The notes: generated by a model not told the origin, from the letters alone. Shown: positions 17,871-28,648, numbered from the stretch's first letter. The stretch is DNA of 64,000 nucleotides from Candidatus Calidihabitans tengchongensis (GCA_031459615.1 JAVKIE010000002.1:105445-169444), one strand, 5' to 3'. A program made the numbers and translations.

Positions 17871-20800
17871 GTGGACGACGGCATCGACATCGAGCGAGAC
17901 GCCTGCGGGGTGGGGTTTGTCGCCGACGTGGCCGGCCGCCGCAGCCACGCCATCCTCGCCCAGGCCCTGGCCGCCGTCGCCCACCTTCGCCACCGGGGGG
18001 CGGTGAGCGCCGACGGGCGCACCGGGGACGGCGCCGGGGTCCTGACCCAGCTGCCCTACGAACTGCTGCGCCGGGACCTGGCCTTCAGCCTGCCCCCGGA
18101 CCGCGTGGCCGCCGGGATGGTCTTCCTGCCCCGGCGCGACCTCGACCGGGCACGCGCGCTGGTGGAACAGACCCTGGCCGCCGGCGGCCTGCCCGTCGTC
18201 GGCTGGCGTGCAGTCCCCACAGACCCGGACGCGCTGGGGGACCACGCCCGCGGCACGCGGCCGGAGATCGCCCAGGTGGTGGTGGCGCGGCCGGCGGGCC
18301 TGGACCCGGACGCTTTCGAACGCGTCCTGTACCTGTGCCGGCGGCGGATCGAGCGGCGCGCGCAGCAGGCCGGCCTCGACCTGTACATCGCCTCCCTGTC
18401 GGGCCGGACCATGGTGTACAAGGCCCTGCTGTCCTCGCCGGCGCTGCCCCGCTTCTACCCGGACCTGACCGATCCCGCCTACGCCACGGCCCTGGCCGTC
18501 TTCCACCAGCGCTACAGCACCAACACCTTTCCCAGCTGGCGCCTGGCCCAGCCGTTCCGGCTGCTGGCCCATAACGGCGAGATCAACACGCTGACGGGCA
18601 ACGTGCTGTGGATGCGCGCCCGGGAGGCCTCTCTGCGCTCGGCCCTGTGGGACGAGGTCCTCGACGACCTGCGCCCGGTGGTGCAGGAGGGGGGGAGCGA
18701 CAGCGCGATGCTGGACAATGTCGCCGAACTGCTGGCGCTGTCCGGCCGCCGCCTGCCCCACGTCCTGGCGATGTTGGTCCCCCAGGCCTGGGAAGACGCG
18801 CCCGGCGTGGATCCGGCCGTGCGGGCGTTCTATGCGTACCACGCCTGTCTCACCGAACCCTGGGATGGCCCGGCCGCCCTGGCATTTTCCGACGGGACGG
18901 TGGTGGGGGGCGCCCTGGACCGCAACGGCCTGCGCCCGGCCCGGTACCTGGTGACGCGCGACGGCCGGGTGATCCTGGCATCCGAGGCCGGCGTCCTGGA
19001 CATCCCTCCCGAGGAAGTGGCGGAGAAAGGGCGCCTGGGTCCGGGGCAGATGCTGGTGGTGGACACCGCCCGCGCTCAGGTGACGCGCGATCCCGACGTC
19101 AAGGCCGGGCTGGCGCGCCGTCAGCCGTATGGCGAGTGGGTACGCCGCCACCTGGTCAGCCTGCCCGCGCGGCCGGCGGGGCGTGCGGAGGTGCCGGGAA
19201 CCGACGGGGTGCCGCTGCCCGTCCGCCAGCGCGCCTTCGGGTACACCGCCGAAGAGGTGGAGCGTATCCTGCGCCCGATGGTCCGCGAGCGGAAGGACCC
19301 GGTCTTCTCCATGGGCGACGACACGCCGCCGGCGGTCCTGGCGCAGCGGCCGCGCCTGCTCTATCACTACTTCAAGCAGCGCTTCGCCCAGGTGACCAAC
19401 CCGCCGATCGACCCCCTGCGGGAGCGGGCCGTCATGTCCCTGGCGGTCCTGGTGGGCCCGCGGCCGTCGCTGCTGGAGGAGACGCCCGAACACGCGCGCC
19501 TCCTGCGCCTGCCCTCGCCCGTGCTCCTGCCCGACGAGCTGCGGTGGATCTGCGAGCACGGCCCCTACCGGGTGCGGCCGCTGCTGGCGCGCTTTCCCGC
19601 CGATCGGGGGGTCCAGGGACTGCGGGACGCGCTGGCGGAACTGGACGACGCCGCCGCCCAGGCTGCGGCGGCCGGCGAGCTGGTCTTGCTGCGGGATGGA
19701 GACATCGCTGCCGGATGGGCGCCGATCCCGATGCTGCTGGCGGTGGGCGCCGTGCACCACGGGCTGATCCGGAGGGGGCTGCGGATGCAGACCGCCATCC
19801 TGGTCGAGACCGCCGAGGCGCGGGAGGTCCACCACCTGGCGTGTCTGGTGGGCTACGGCGCCAGCGCCGTGTGCCCGATCCTCGCCCTGCAGACGCTGGC
19901 GGCCGACCCCGAGCTGCCGGGCCCGGTGGCCGAGCGGTGGGCGGCCTACCGCGCGGCCCTGGAGGCCGGGCTGCTGAAGGTGATGTCCAAGATGGGGATC
20001 AGCACCGTCAGCGGCTACTGCGGCGCGCAAGTCTTCGAGGCCGTGGGCCTGTGCCGGGGCGTGGTGGAGACCTACTTCAGCGGGACGCCCTCGCGCCTAC
20101 AAGGGATCGGGCTGGAGGAGATCGCCGCCGACGTCCTGGAGCGCCACCGGGCGGCGTGGGCCGACCCCGCGGGGCCGCTGCCGGACCCGGGCCTGGTCCG
20201 CTTCCGGCGGGGTGGCGAGTACCACGCCTTCAACCCCTACGTGGTGAAGGCCGCCCACCGGGCCGCCCGCGAAGGCACCGACGCCGCCCGCGCCGCCCTG
20301 GACGGCCTAGTGACCTCCCGTCCGCCCACGGCGCTGCGCGATTTGCTGGAGCCGGTCCCCCGGTCTCCCATCCCCCTGGAGGAGGTGGAGCCGGCCGAGG
20401 CCATCCTGCGCCGCTTCGTCATCTCGGCCATGTCCTTCGGGGCCCTGAGCCGGGAGGCCCACGAAGCTCTGGCCATCGCCGCCAACCGCGTGGGAGCCCG
20501 CAACAACTGCGGGGAAGGCGGGGAGGATCCCCGACGCTACGGCACCGAGGCGAACAGCCGCATCAAGCAGATCGCCTCGGCGCGCTTCGGGGTGACGCCG
20601 GCCTACATCCTGTCGGCCGACGAACTGGAGATCAAGATGGCCCAGGGCAGCAAGCCCGGCGAGGGCGGCCAGCTGCCCGGCCACAAGGTGTCCGCGGAGA
20701 TTGCCCGCATCCGCCGGGCCCAGCCGGGCATCACCCTGATTTCGCCACCCCCCCACCACGACATCTACAGCATCGAGGACCTCGCCCAGCTCATCTACGA

Positions 20801-22289
20801 CCTGCGGGCCGTCCACCCCCGCGCCCGGGTGGCGGTGAAACTGGTGGCGTCAGCGGGGGTGGGGGCCATCGCCGCGGGCGTCGCCAAGGCCGGCGCCGAC
20901 ACCATCCAGATCAGCGGCCACGACGGCGGCACCGGGGCCTCGCCCCTGGACTCCATCAAGAACGCCGGCGTGCCCTGGGAACTGGGGCTGGCGGAGGTGC
21001 AGCAGGTCCTGGTCCGCAACGACCTGCGGGCGCGGGTGCGGCTGCGGGTGGACGGCGGGTTGAAGGTCGGGCGGGATGTCGTGGTCGCCGCGTGCCTGGG
21101 AGCCGACGAGTTCGGCTTCGGGACGGCGGCGGTGGTGGCCCTGGGGTGCGTGATGGCGCGCCAGTGCCATCTCAACACGTGCCCGGTCGGCATCGCCACC
21201 CAGCGGGAGGACCTGCGCCGCCGCTTTTCGGGGACCCCCGAGATGGTGGTCGCCTACCTGCGGGGCGTCGCCGAGGACGTGCGCCGGTGGCTGGCCCGTC
21301 TGGGTGTCCGATCCCTGGAGGAGGTGATCGGGCGGGTGGACCTGCTGCGCCCCCGCCCGGTGGACCACCCGCGGGCCCGGACGGTGGACCTGAGGTTCCT
21401 CCTGACCGATCCCGATCCCGCCGGCGACCGACCACGCCGTGTCGTGGCGATGACCGTCCCCCGGCCCGACAGCCGGCTGGACCGCCAGATCCTGGCTGAC
21501 ATCAGCACCGCCCTGGAACAGGGCCGGACGGTGGACCTCACCTATCCCATCACCACCGCCGACCGCGCGGTGGGCGCCCGGCTGGCTGGCGCGCTGGCGG
21601 AGCGGTACGGGGACGACGGCGTGGCAGCGGGGACGATCACCCTGCGGTTTCGGGGCAGCGCCGGCCAGAGCTTCGGCGCGTTCCTGGTGCCGGGGGTCAC
21701 CCTGATCCTGGAGGGGGAAGCCAACGACTACGTGGGCAAGGGGATGGCCGGCGGGGAGATCATCATCCGCCCGCCGGCGGGATTCCCCCTCCCCTCCGAG
21801 CACAGCGTCATCATGGGGAACACCGTCCTCTACGGTGCCACCGGGGGACGGCTGTTCGCCGCCGGCCGGGCGGGCGAGCGCTGTGCCGTGCGCAACAGCG
21901 GGGCGGTGGTCGTGGTGGAAGGGGTGGGAGACCACGGCTGCGAGTACATGACCGGCGGAATCGTCGTGGTCCTGGGCGAGGTCGGACGCAACTTCGCCGC
22001 GGGGATGACCGGCGGGGTCGCCTACGTGCTGGACGAGGCGGGCGTCCTGCCCGCGCGCTGCAACCCCGAGCACGTGACCTGGGCGCGCCTGGAAGATCCC
22101 GACGACGAGGCGCTGGTCCTCAGGCTGCTGGCCGAACACGCCCGGCTGACGGGCAGCCGCCGGGCCGAGCAGATCCTGCGGCGGTGGGACGTGTGCGCCC
22201 CGCACATCTGGAAGGTGACGCCCCTCCCGGTGGCGTCTGCGGCCCCGGCTCCGGCGGCGTCGCCGACCCGCCCGGCTCCCCCCTGCTGA
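17871..22289 (+). CDS. gltB: Glutamate synthase large subunit
   Basis: N-terminal amidotransferase CGVGFVA with Cys directly after a short propeptide, FMN/Fe-S and GXGXG domains over the full 1472 aa. No gltD follows. Confidence 0.95.
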   Translation: MDDGIDIERDACGVGFVADVAGRRSHAILAQALAAVAHLRHRGAVSADGRTGDGAGVLTQLPYELLRRDLAFSLPPDRVAAGMVFLPRRDLDRARALVEQTLAAGGLPVVGWRAVPTDPDALGDHARGTRPEIAQVVVARPAGLDPDAFERVLYLCRRRIERRAQQAGLDLYIASLSGRTMVYKALLSSPALPRFYPDLTDPAYATALAVFHQRYSTNTFPSWRLAQPFRLLAHNGEINTLTGNVLWMRAREASLRSALWDEVLDDLRPVVQEGGSDSAMLDNVAELLALSGRRLPHVLAMLVPQAWEDAPGVDPAVRAFYAYHACLTEPWDGPAALAFSDGTVVGGALDRNGLRPARYLVTRDGRVILASEAGVLDIPPEEVAEKGRLGPGQMLVVDTARAQVTRDPDVKAGLARRQPYGEWVRRHLVSLPARPAGRAEVPGTDGVPLPVRQRAFGYTAEEVERILRPMVRERKDPVFSMGDDTPPAVLAQRPRLLYHYFKQRFAQVTNPPIDPLRERAVMSLAVLVGPRPSLLEETPEHARLLRLPSPVLLPDELRWICEHGPYRVRPLLARFPADRGVQGLRDALAELDDAAAQAAAAGELVLLRDGDIAAGWAPIPMLLAVGAVHHGLIRRGLRMQTAILVETAEAREVHHLACLVGYGASAVCPILALQTLAADPELPGPVAERWAAYRAALEAGLLKVMSKMGISTVSGYCGAQVFEAVGLCRGVVETYFSGTPSRLQGIGLEEIAADVLERHRAAWADPAGPLPDPGLVRFRRGGEYHAFNPYVVKAAHRAAREGTDAARAALDGLVTSRPPTALRDLLEPVPRSPIPLEEVEPAEAILRRFVISAMSFGALSREAHEALAIAANRVGARNNCGEGGEDPRRYGTEANSRIKQIASARFGVTPAYILSADELEIKMAQGSKPGEGGQLPGHKVSAEIARIRRAQPGITLISPPPHHDIYSIEDLAQLIYDLRAVHPRARVAVKLVASAGVGAIAAGVAKAGADTIQISGHDGGTGASPLDSIKNAGVPWELGLAEVQQVLVRNDLRARVRLRVDGGLKVGRDVVVAACLGADEFGFGTAAVVALGCVMARQCHLNTCPVGIATQREDLRRRFSGTPEMVVAYLRGVAEDVRRWLARLGVRSLEEVIGRVDLLRPRPVDHPRARTVDLRFLLTDPDPAGDRPRRVVAMTVPRPDSRLDRQILADISTALEQGRTVDLTYPITTADRAVGARLAGALAERYGDDGVAAGTITLRFRGSAGQSFGAFLVPGVTLILEGEANDYVGKGMAGGEIIIRPPAGFPLPSEHSVIMGNTVLYGATGGRLFAAGRAGERCAVRNSGAVVVVEGVGDHGCEYMTGGIVVVLGEVGRNFAAGMTGGVAYVLDEAGVLPARCNPEHVTWARLEDPDDEALVLRLLAEHARLTGSRRAEQILRRWDVCAPHIWKVTPLPVASAAPAPAASPTRPAPPC

Positions 22290-23250
22290 GGTCCGAACGG
22301 ACCCGAAACACCCTGACTGAGATGCCGAGGGTCCGACCTCCCCTTCGAGCCGGTCTGCCGGAGCTACACGCCAGGAGTTCTACGGCCTGGCGGAGCTGAA
22401 CTCTCCGGCGGAACGGCACTCCTGTTGCCGTGCTGAGAGCGGCTCCATGACGTCGTCCGGCCGCACCGGGCACTGCCGTACGGGACGCTGCAGGCGTCCG
22501 TCCTCTTCCGGCAGACCCGGCAGCGGGGCCGGGGATAAAGGTCTCACAACCGTTGACAGTGCAAAGATCGACATATCCTGTGAATCGCGACTAATTTTTT
22601 TGCCCGCATGACCTCGCCAACGTTTGGCCATGTGGCGTGAATCGGCTGCATGAACCACCGTCGAACCCGGGAGGGGCCACCGAGTCCGCACGAAGCTGGA
22701 GGAGAAGTGCCAGGTTGCTCGAACAAACTTTTCCCAAGCGGCTCGGCACGGGCAGCATCCTGAGCTGTCCCCATCGAGTGACGATGCCAAACGAGGGTGT
22801 ATCTCCGGCGGCGTGGCCGGGCAGCCGGTTATTGGATCTCGATGCCAAAGCCCAACGGGCGATCCCGACTCTGGTGTAGCCCACCGCTAGACCGGCTCGG
22901 CAGCTGGTCCACCTGGCCCACGACGGCTGGCGTGTGGCCCCGGCTGTGGTCTAGTGGTTCTTGCGCCGGTGGGGGAGACTGCCACCTTGGAAGCGGTAAG
23001 TGATGTTTCCTTCAACGAGCAGACGGTGGGAATGACCTTACCTCGTGCGCGGTGCCGACGACGCGCCGTCGATCGAGTGTTCCTCGTATGAGAGAAGTGG
23101 TAGGACTTGACGATCACCGCGCTCTACACGGTCCTGCTCCTCTTCGCTGCCGTCCTGGCGGGAGCGGGTGTTGGAGCGAGGCGCACTCCCCCGCCCGGCT
23201 TCGGGCGTCCTGAAGGATCGCAAGGCAAACGGGGTGAAGCAGGAGGGACA

Positions 23251-24198
23251 ATGCCCGGACGCACGGTGGAGTGGCTGGAGGTGAGTTGGCTCGCCAGCGG
23301 GATGCCCTTGCGCATTCCGGTCTGGACGGTCCAGGGCACGGCTGATGGCCCTGCGCTCGGCGTGACGGCCGCCATCCACGGCGATGAGCTTGTCGGGATC
23401 GAGGTGGTCCGTCGCTTGCTCGACCGCCTCGAGACCATGCCCTTCCGGGGGACGATCCGGGCGATCCCGGTGGCGAATCCGCTGGCCATGGAGGACCTCA
23501 CGCGGGGTACGCCGCTTGCCGTCGAGATTGCAAACCTCAACCGCGTCTTTCCCGGGGATCCGCAGGGGGATTTGGTGGCCCGGCTCGCCCATCGGTTGGT
23601 CGAGAACTTCCTCGCCACGGTCGACCACCTCGTCGACCTGCACGCCGGCGGCACCCATGCGGTCGTGGACTACACCATCAGCCTGCATGACCTGGAGGCG
23701 GCGCTGGCCTTCGGCCAGCGAGTGGTGCGGCCGGTGGATGGTTACCAGGGGACGCTGGCGGCCGTGGCCGCCGGCCAGGGTAAGACGGCCATCGTCGCCG
23801 AGCTTGGCGGCGGCTACTGGCGGGACGACGCTTACGTCGAGCTGGGGGTGCGCGGCGTCCTGAACGTCATGCGGCACCTCGGGATGCTCGACGGCCGACC
23901 GGAGCGCCCGCCCGAGCAGTGGGTGGTCCCCACCGTCGTGGTGGTGCGCCCCGGTCACGGGGGCCTGCTCTACTCGGCGGTGACTCTCGACCAGCTGGGA
24001 ACGGTCCTGGCCGAGGGCCACGTGCTCGGGACGGTGGTGAGCCCTTACACGTTCGAGACGCTGGAAACCCTGCGAGCGCCGTTCAGGCGCAGCGTCCTGC
24101 TGCTCGTGCGCGTGGGCGTCACGCGGGTCAACCCCGGCGACTACGCCTTCATGCTGGGAGACCTGGAGCGGGCGGAGGTGGTGAGACACGATGGATGA
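23251..24198 (+). CDS. Succinylglutamate desuccinylase/aspartoacylase (AstE/AspA) family zinc deacylase
   Basis: HGDELVG zinc-binding motif, E...HLVDLHAGG. Start at internal ATG 23251 with AGGAGGGA Shine-Dalgarno; the upstream part of the track ORF looks non-coding. Confidence 0.7.
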   Translation: MPGRTVEWLEVSWLASGMPLRIPVWTVQGTADGPALGVTAAIHGDELVGIEVVRRLLDRLETMPFRGTIRAIPVANPLAMEDLTRGTPLAVEIANLNRVFPGDPQGDLVARLAHRLVENFLATVDHLVDLHAGGTHAVVDYTISLHDLEAALAFGQRVVRPVDGYQGTLAAVAAGQGKTAIVAELGGGYWRDDAYVELGVRGVLNVMRHLGMLDGRPERPPEQWVVPTVVVVRPGHGGLLYSAVTLDQLGTVLAEGHVLGTVVSPYTFETLETLRAPFRRSVLLLVRVGVTRVNPGDYAFMLGDLERAEVVRHDG

Positions 24199-25369
24199 AA
24201 AGCGGCACGATATGGAGGTGCGGAACGGTCTGGACGACACCGGGATGGTCGTGCGGGCTGCCGACCTCACACGGCGCGAGTTCATCCGCCGCGTGACGGA
24301 AGCGGGATTTGGGCTCTTCGCCCTGGCCCAGGTGGGCGTGACGACGCTGGGCCTGGCCCGCCGGCTTGCCCATGCCGGGGGACGCGAGCGCCTGACCCTC
24401 TTCGTCTGGTCGGGGCTCAACCTGCCGGTGGTGGCGCACGAGGTGGCGCGCTTCTACATGCGGACCCACCCGGGGGTGCAAATCGACGTCATGGAGGGGC
24501 AGAACTTCGAGGTCTACCCCAAGATGGTCAGCGCCCGAAAGCTCACCCCCAACCAGCCGCTCGTGCACTTCGGTTACAGCAACACCCAGTTCACCTACCA
24601 GGGGGACGTCGACGACATGTGGGAGTCGATCGACCCGGCCAACGTCCCCAACCTGCGCAACATCGTCCCCGACTTCTACCGGCCCCAGCACCGCGGCGTG
24701 GGGTTCTCCATCGCTCCCGTGGGGTTGATGTACAACACGCGTCTGGTAAAGGAGCCCCCCGCCTCCTGGACGGACATGTGGCACCCGCGCTTCAAGGGCA
24801 AGCTGACCTCGATCAAGTACGCGTGGTACGCCAACGGACTGGTCATCGCGGCCCGCCTCAACGGGGGGAGCGAGCGGAACATTGAACCAGGCTTCCGGCT
24901 CTGGGCCGAACACGCCGATCAGTTCGTGGCGTTCGCCAACAGCAACATTGAGATTCGCGACCTGGTAATACGAGGTGACGCCCACCTGGCGGCGATGTTT
25001 GGCGGCAACGTGCTCACCTGGAAGAACGAGGGGGCACCGGTGGACTTCGTGATCCCCCGGGAGGGGATGATCTCTTTCCCGCTCTTCCTGGTCATCGTCA
25101 AAGGCGTGACGCCGGCACAGAAGCGCATCGCCGAGGAGGTGATCAACCTCATCCTCTCGGATCGCTGGCTGGCGCGGTGGGCGGCCCTGACCCTCTTCGT
25201 CCCCACCACCCGCCACCAGGTGGCGCCGCCCAGCCTGCGGGCGCTGCCGATGTACGATCCGAAGGAGATCGCCCGGGCCATCAACCTTGACTGGGCGACA
25301 ATCGCAGCCAACGACGCGCTATGGCGAGAGCGGTGGGACAAAGAGGTCGTGGCGCGGATGCGCCGCTAG
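24191..25369 (+). CDS. ABC transporter substrate-binding protein, PotD/PotF-like (family 1), Tat signal
   Basis: Twin-arginine motif TRREFIRR and a PotD-like fold. Confidence 0.8.
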   Translation: MDEKRHDMEVRNGLDDTGMVVRAADLTRREFIRRVTEAGFGLFALAQVGVTTLGLARRLAHAGGRERLTLFVWSGLNLPVVAHEVARFYMRTHPGVQIDVMEGQNFEVYPKMVSARKLTPNQPLVHFGYSNTQFTYQGDVDDMWESIDPANVPNLRNIVPDFYRPQHRGVGFSIAPVGLMYNTRLVKEPPASWTDMWHPRFKGKLTSIKYAWYANGLVIAARLNGGSERNIEPGFRLWAEHADQFVAFANSNIEIRDLVIRGDAHLAAMFGGNVLTWKNEGAPVDFVIPREGMISFPLFLVIVKGVTPAQKRIAEEVINLILSDRWLARWAALTLFVPTTRHQVAPPSLRALPMYDPKEIARAINLDWATIAANDALWRERWDKEVVARMRR

Positions 25370-26445
25370 CAGGCCGAGAGCACGACGTCGAGCTCATCGA
25401 CGTCACCAAGTGCTTTGGGTCGGTCGCGGCGGTGCGGGGGGTCTCGCTGCAGATCGCCCGGGGCGAGTTTTTCGCTCTCCTCGGCCCCTCCGGATGCGGC
25501 AAGACTACCACGCTCCGCCTGATCGGTGGGTTCGAGATTCCCACCAGCGGGCGGGTCTTCCTGCAGGGGCGGGACGTCACCGACGTCCCGCCCTACCGCC
25601 GCGCCACGAACATGGTCTTCCAGCAGCTCGCCCTCTTCCCCCACCTCGACGTCTTCGAGAATGTCGCCTTCGGCCTGCGTCTGCGGCGCCTGCCGCCGTC
25701 CGAGGTGACGGCGCGAGTGCGTCGGGTCCTCGAGTTGGTGGAGCTGCCCGGGTTCGAGCGACGCCTAATCCACCAGCTCTCCGGCGGGCAAAAGCAGCGC
25801 GTGGCTATCGCGCGGGCGCTGGTGAACGAGCCGGCCGTCTTGCTGCTCGACGAGCCCCTCGGCAGCCTGGATCTCAAGCTCCGCCAGGCCATGCAGGGCG
25901 AGCTCAAGGCGCTCCAACACCGCGTGGGGACAACCTTCGTCTACGTCACCCATGACCAGGGCGAGGCACTGGCCATGGCCGACCGCATCGCCGTCATGGC
26001 TGACGGGCAGATTGTGCAGGTGGGTACACCGGAGGAAATCTACACGCATCCACGCACGCGCTTCGTGGCGACGTTCATCGGCGAAGCCAACCTCCTCGAC
26101 GGGCGGGTCGTGGGCGCAGGTGACGGCGTCGCGGTCATCGCGGTCGGCCCGCTGCAGGTCCGGGCCGGGGCCGTTCAGCGCCTGGTGGAGCGAGATGCGG
26201 TGACGGTGGTGGTGCGTCCCGAGCACGTGAAAGTCGGCCCGCCCGCCCTCGCCTGCGAGAACCACTGGGACGGGGCGATCCAGGAACGCACCTTCATGGG
26301 CTCGATGGTGCGGTGTCGGCTGAGCCTGGCGGACGGGGTCACGGTGATGGCGGAGCTGCCCAGCGACGCTGCGGAGGGCCTTCACCCGGGCACGCACATC
26401 CCTGTGGGGTGGGCCGTGGAGCACGGGGTGGTGCTGCGGGAGTGA
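25321..26445 (+). CDS. ABC transporter ATP-binding protein, PotA-like with C-terminal TOBE domain
   Basis: [35 protein letters not shown]. Start is ambiguous (ATG 25321 or GTG 25330, overlapping upstream gene). Confidence 0.85.
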   Translation: MARAVGQRGRGADAPLAGREHDVELIDVTKCFGSVAAVRGVSLQIARGEFFALLGPSGCGKTTTLRLIGGFEIPTSGRVFLQGRDVTDVPPYRRATNMVFQQLALFPHLDVFENVAFGLRLRRLPPSEVTARVRRVLELVELPGFERRLIHQLSGGQKQRVAIARALVNEPAVLLLDEPLGSLDLKLRQAMQGELKALQHRVGTTFVYVTHDQGEALAMADRIAVMADGQIVQVGTPEEIYTHPRTRFVATFIGEANLLDGRVVGAGDGVAVIAVGPLQVRAGAVQRLVERDAVTVVVRPEHVKVGPPALACENHWDGAIQERTFMGSMVRCRLSLADGVTVMAELPSDAAEGLHPGTHIPVGWAVEHGVVLRE

Positions 26446-27344
26446 CGGTCGCGCTCCCCCGACCGACGGTGGCGTCCTGGCGGCACCTGCGCGTACGGTA
26501 TACGCACGCCATTCTCCTGGCTCCGGCCATTTTCCTCACGGGGGCGGTTTTCTGGGTGGCCATGGGCATCCTGCTAGTGATGAGCGTCTACCCTTTCCTG
26601 GCCGCAGGGGCGCCCCGCGTCACCTTGGAGGCGTGGACCCGCTTTCTCGGCGACCGGTACTACTGGAGCGTCGTCGCCACGACGGTCTGGCTGGCGGTGT
26701 TCGTGACGGCGGGCACGCTTCTTCTCGGATACCCGGCCGCCTACGCGATGAGCAAGATCCGCCGGCCCGCCCTGCTCCTCGCCGCCTACGTGATCCTCTT
26801 CACCCCGATCCTGGTCAGCGTCGTCGTGCGCACCTACGGGTGGCTCCTGTTATTGGGCCGCGAGGGGGCCGTGAACTGGCTGCTCCTCCGGCTGGGCCTG
26901 GTCACGGAGCCGGTGCCCCTCATCTTCAACCTGCGCGGCGTGGTCATTGCCATGGTCCACATCCTCCTCCCGTTCATGGTCTTTCCGATCCTGAGCGTGG
27001 TCGGTCAGCTCGCGCCGGAGCTGAAGGAAGCGGCGATGGATCTGGGAGCCACCCGGTGGCAGACATTTCGTCGGGTGACGCTGCCGCTCACCCTGCCCGG
27101 GGTGGTCTCGGGAGCGCAAATCGTCTTCACGCTCACCGCGAGCGCCTTCGTCACCCCGTTTCTCATGGGGGGAGGCAAGGTGCAGGTGTTGAGCGGACTG
27201 ATCTATCGGGACATGGAGGCCGTGAATCTGAGCTTCGCCTCGGTAACCGCCTTCGTCCTGCTCGCTCTGGCTGTGGGGATTCTGATCGTCAGCAACCGGT
27301 GGCTGGGGTTCGTCTACGCTCGGGCCGAGGTGGACAGGCTGTGA
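26442..27344 (+). CDS. ABC transporter permease (PotB-like)
   Basis: 6-TM permease with EAA-like loop EAAMDLGATRWQTFRRVTLP. GTGA overlap with the ATPase stop. Confidence 0.8.
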   Translation: MTVALPRPTVASWRHLRVRYTHAILLAPAIFLTGAVFWVAMGILLVMSVYPFLAAGAPRVTLEAWTRFLGDRYYWSVVATTVWLAVFVTAGTLLLGYPAAYAMSKIRRPALLLAAYVILFTPILVSVVVRTYGWLLLLGREGAVNWLLLRLGLVTEPVPLIFNLRGVVIAMVHILLPFMVFPILSVVGQLAPELKEAAMDLGATRWQTFRRVTLPLTLPGVVSGAQIVFTLTASAFVTPFLMGGGKVQVLSGLIYRDMEAVNLSFASVTAFVLLALAVGILIVSNRWLGFVYARAEVDRL

Positions 27345-28201
27345 GCAGTCCGTCGGGCGGATCCGCCGGATCGCTGGCCCGGAGGGACCGTCGGATCGAT
27401 CCGGTGGCGGTGGCGCTCTTTCTCTGGCTGAGCGCGGTTCTGGTCTTCACCCTCGCGCCCATCCTCTTCGTGTTCGCCTATGCCTTCAGCAGCGTTTCCT
27501 ACGCCGTCTTCCCGCCGCCCGGCTTCTCTCTGCGCTGGTTCGAACGGCTCCTTGCCCAGCACGACCTGCTGCGGGCGGCGCTAAACTCCCTGCTCGTCGC
27601 GGCGGCCGCGACGGCCGGCAGCCTGGTGCTGGGGACCCTGGCGGCCCTGGGGTTGGTGCGCTACCGCTTCGTGGGCCGGGAGGTGCTGCGCGCGGTCTTC
27701 CTGGCGCCGCTCATCGTCCCCCGGATCGCCTTTGGGGTGGCGATCATGGTCTACATGATCCTGCTTCGTCGTTTTGGCGGGCTCGACAGCCTCGTCCTCG
27801 CCCATCTGATGGTGACGCTGCCGTTCGCCATCTCGATTCTCTCCGCCAGCCTGGTGAGCGCCGAGCGGGTGCTGGAGGAGGCAGCCATGGATCTGGGGGC
27901 GACGCCCCTGCAGACCTTCGTGCGGGTGACGCTGCCGCAGATCCGCACGGGGCTGGCCGTCAGCGCCTTCTTCAGCTTTATCATCTCCTGGGATCAAGTG
28001 GAGACTTCGCTCTTCCTCGTGAAGACCGACAACGTCACGCTGCCGGTGGCCATGTTCTACTACGTCCAGCGCCACCAGGATCCGGTGATCGCCGCGCTGT
28101 CCACCGTGCTGATCGCCGCGGCAGCCGTGGCGGGCGTGGTGGTCGTGGCGGTTACTGACCCTCGAAACCTGTCGCGTCTGCTCGGCGCGGGTGGGCGATG
28201 A
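27341..28201 (+). CDS. ABC transporter permease (PotC-like)
   Basis: EAAMDLGATPLQTFVRVTLPQI. GTGA overlap with the preceding permease. Confidence 0.8.
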   Translation: MSSPSGGSAGSLARRDRRIDPVAVALFLWLSAVLVFTLAPILFVFAYAFSSVSYAVFPPPGFSLRWFERLLAQHDLLRAALNSLLVAAAATAGSLVLGTLAALGLVRYRFVGREVLRAVFLAPLIVPRIAFGVAIMVYMILLRRFGGLDSLVLAHLMVTLPFAISILSASLVSAERVLEEAAMDLGATPLQTFVRVTLPQIRTGLAVSAFFSFIISWDQVETSLFLVKTDNVTLPVAMFYYVQRHQDPVIAALSTVLIAAAAVAGVVVVAVTDPRNLSRLLGAGGR

Positions 28202-28648
28202 CCGGCTCGAGCATGCCAATGTGGATGGACACAGACCATTTCGTCTGGACGGTGCGCCTCAACCTGCCGGCCCCGATGCGTCGGGCGGGGGGAGAGTCGG
28301 TCAACAATATCGCCCTCGGTGTTCTGTGATCTGAAGTACGCCCAGGTGCCTCCAGCGACGTTAAGTACCGCGTCGGCGCAGCGGGCGGCGAGTTTTTTCG
28401 ATGGTGCCACCCATACCCTGGACTCTGACTGCTCTGTTCGTGCTGGACGTGACTCCTCGCTCCTTACCGGAGGAGAAGTGAGCGTGTTTGAGGACTGCGG
28501 TTGTGGTCAGCCGCCTGGCGGTGTGGCCTGCGGTCGGGGCAGCAGCCGGGTAGCGGAGGGGGGAACTATTCGCGCTGCCGTCCGGAGCCTGGAACCGGCT
28601 ACGTGGAGCGCGCCCCTGGGATGATGCAGGAGGAGTTCGTATATCCCC

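Noticed and set aside
17733-20030. 765 aa minus-strand ORF inside gltB
   Set aside because: Antisense of a strongly supported gene; no motifs.
22890-22990. tRNA-like fragment GTGGTCTAGTGGTT resembling a tRNA D-arm
   Set aside because: No acceptor stem or T-arm (GGTTCGAATCC-like) or anticodon stem could be folded around it. It is treated as part of the unexplained stretch after gltB rather than a tRNA gene.
22290-23250. Possible ykkC/guanidine-type or other known riboswitch upstream of the PotABCD-like operon
   Set aside because: Only loose resemblance to ykkC conserved segments (CUAG...GGUCC...ACGG). Key GGGACAAAAGCCCGGGA-like element absent; needs covariance-model search.
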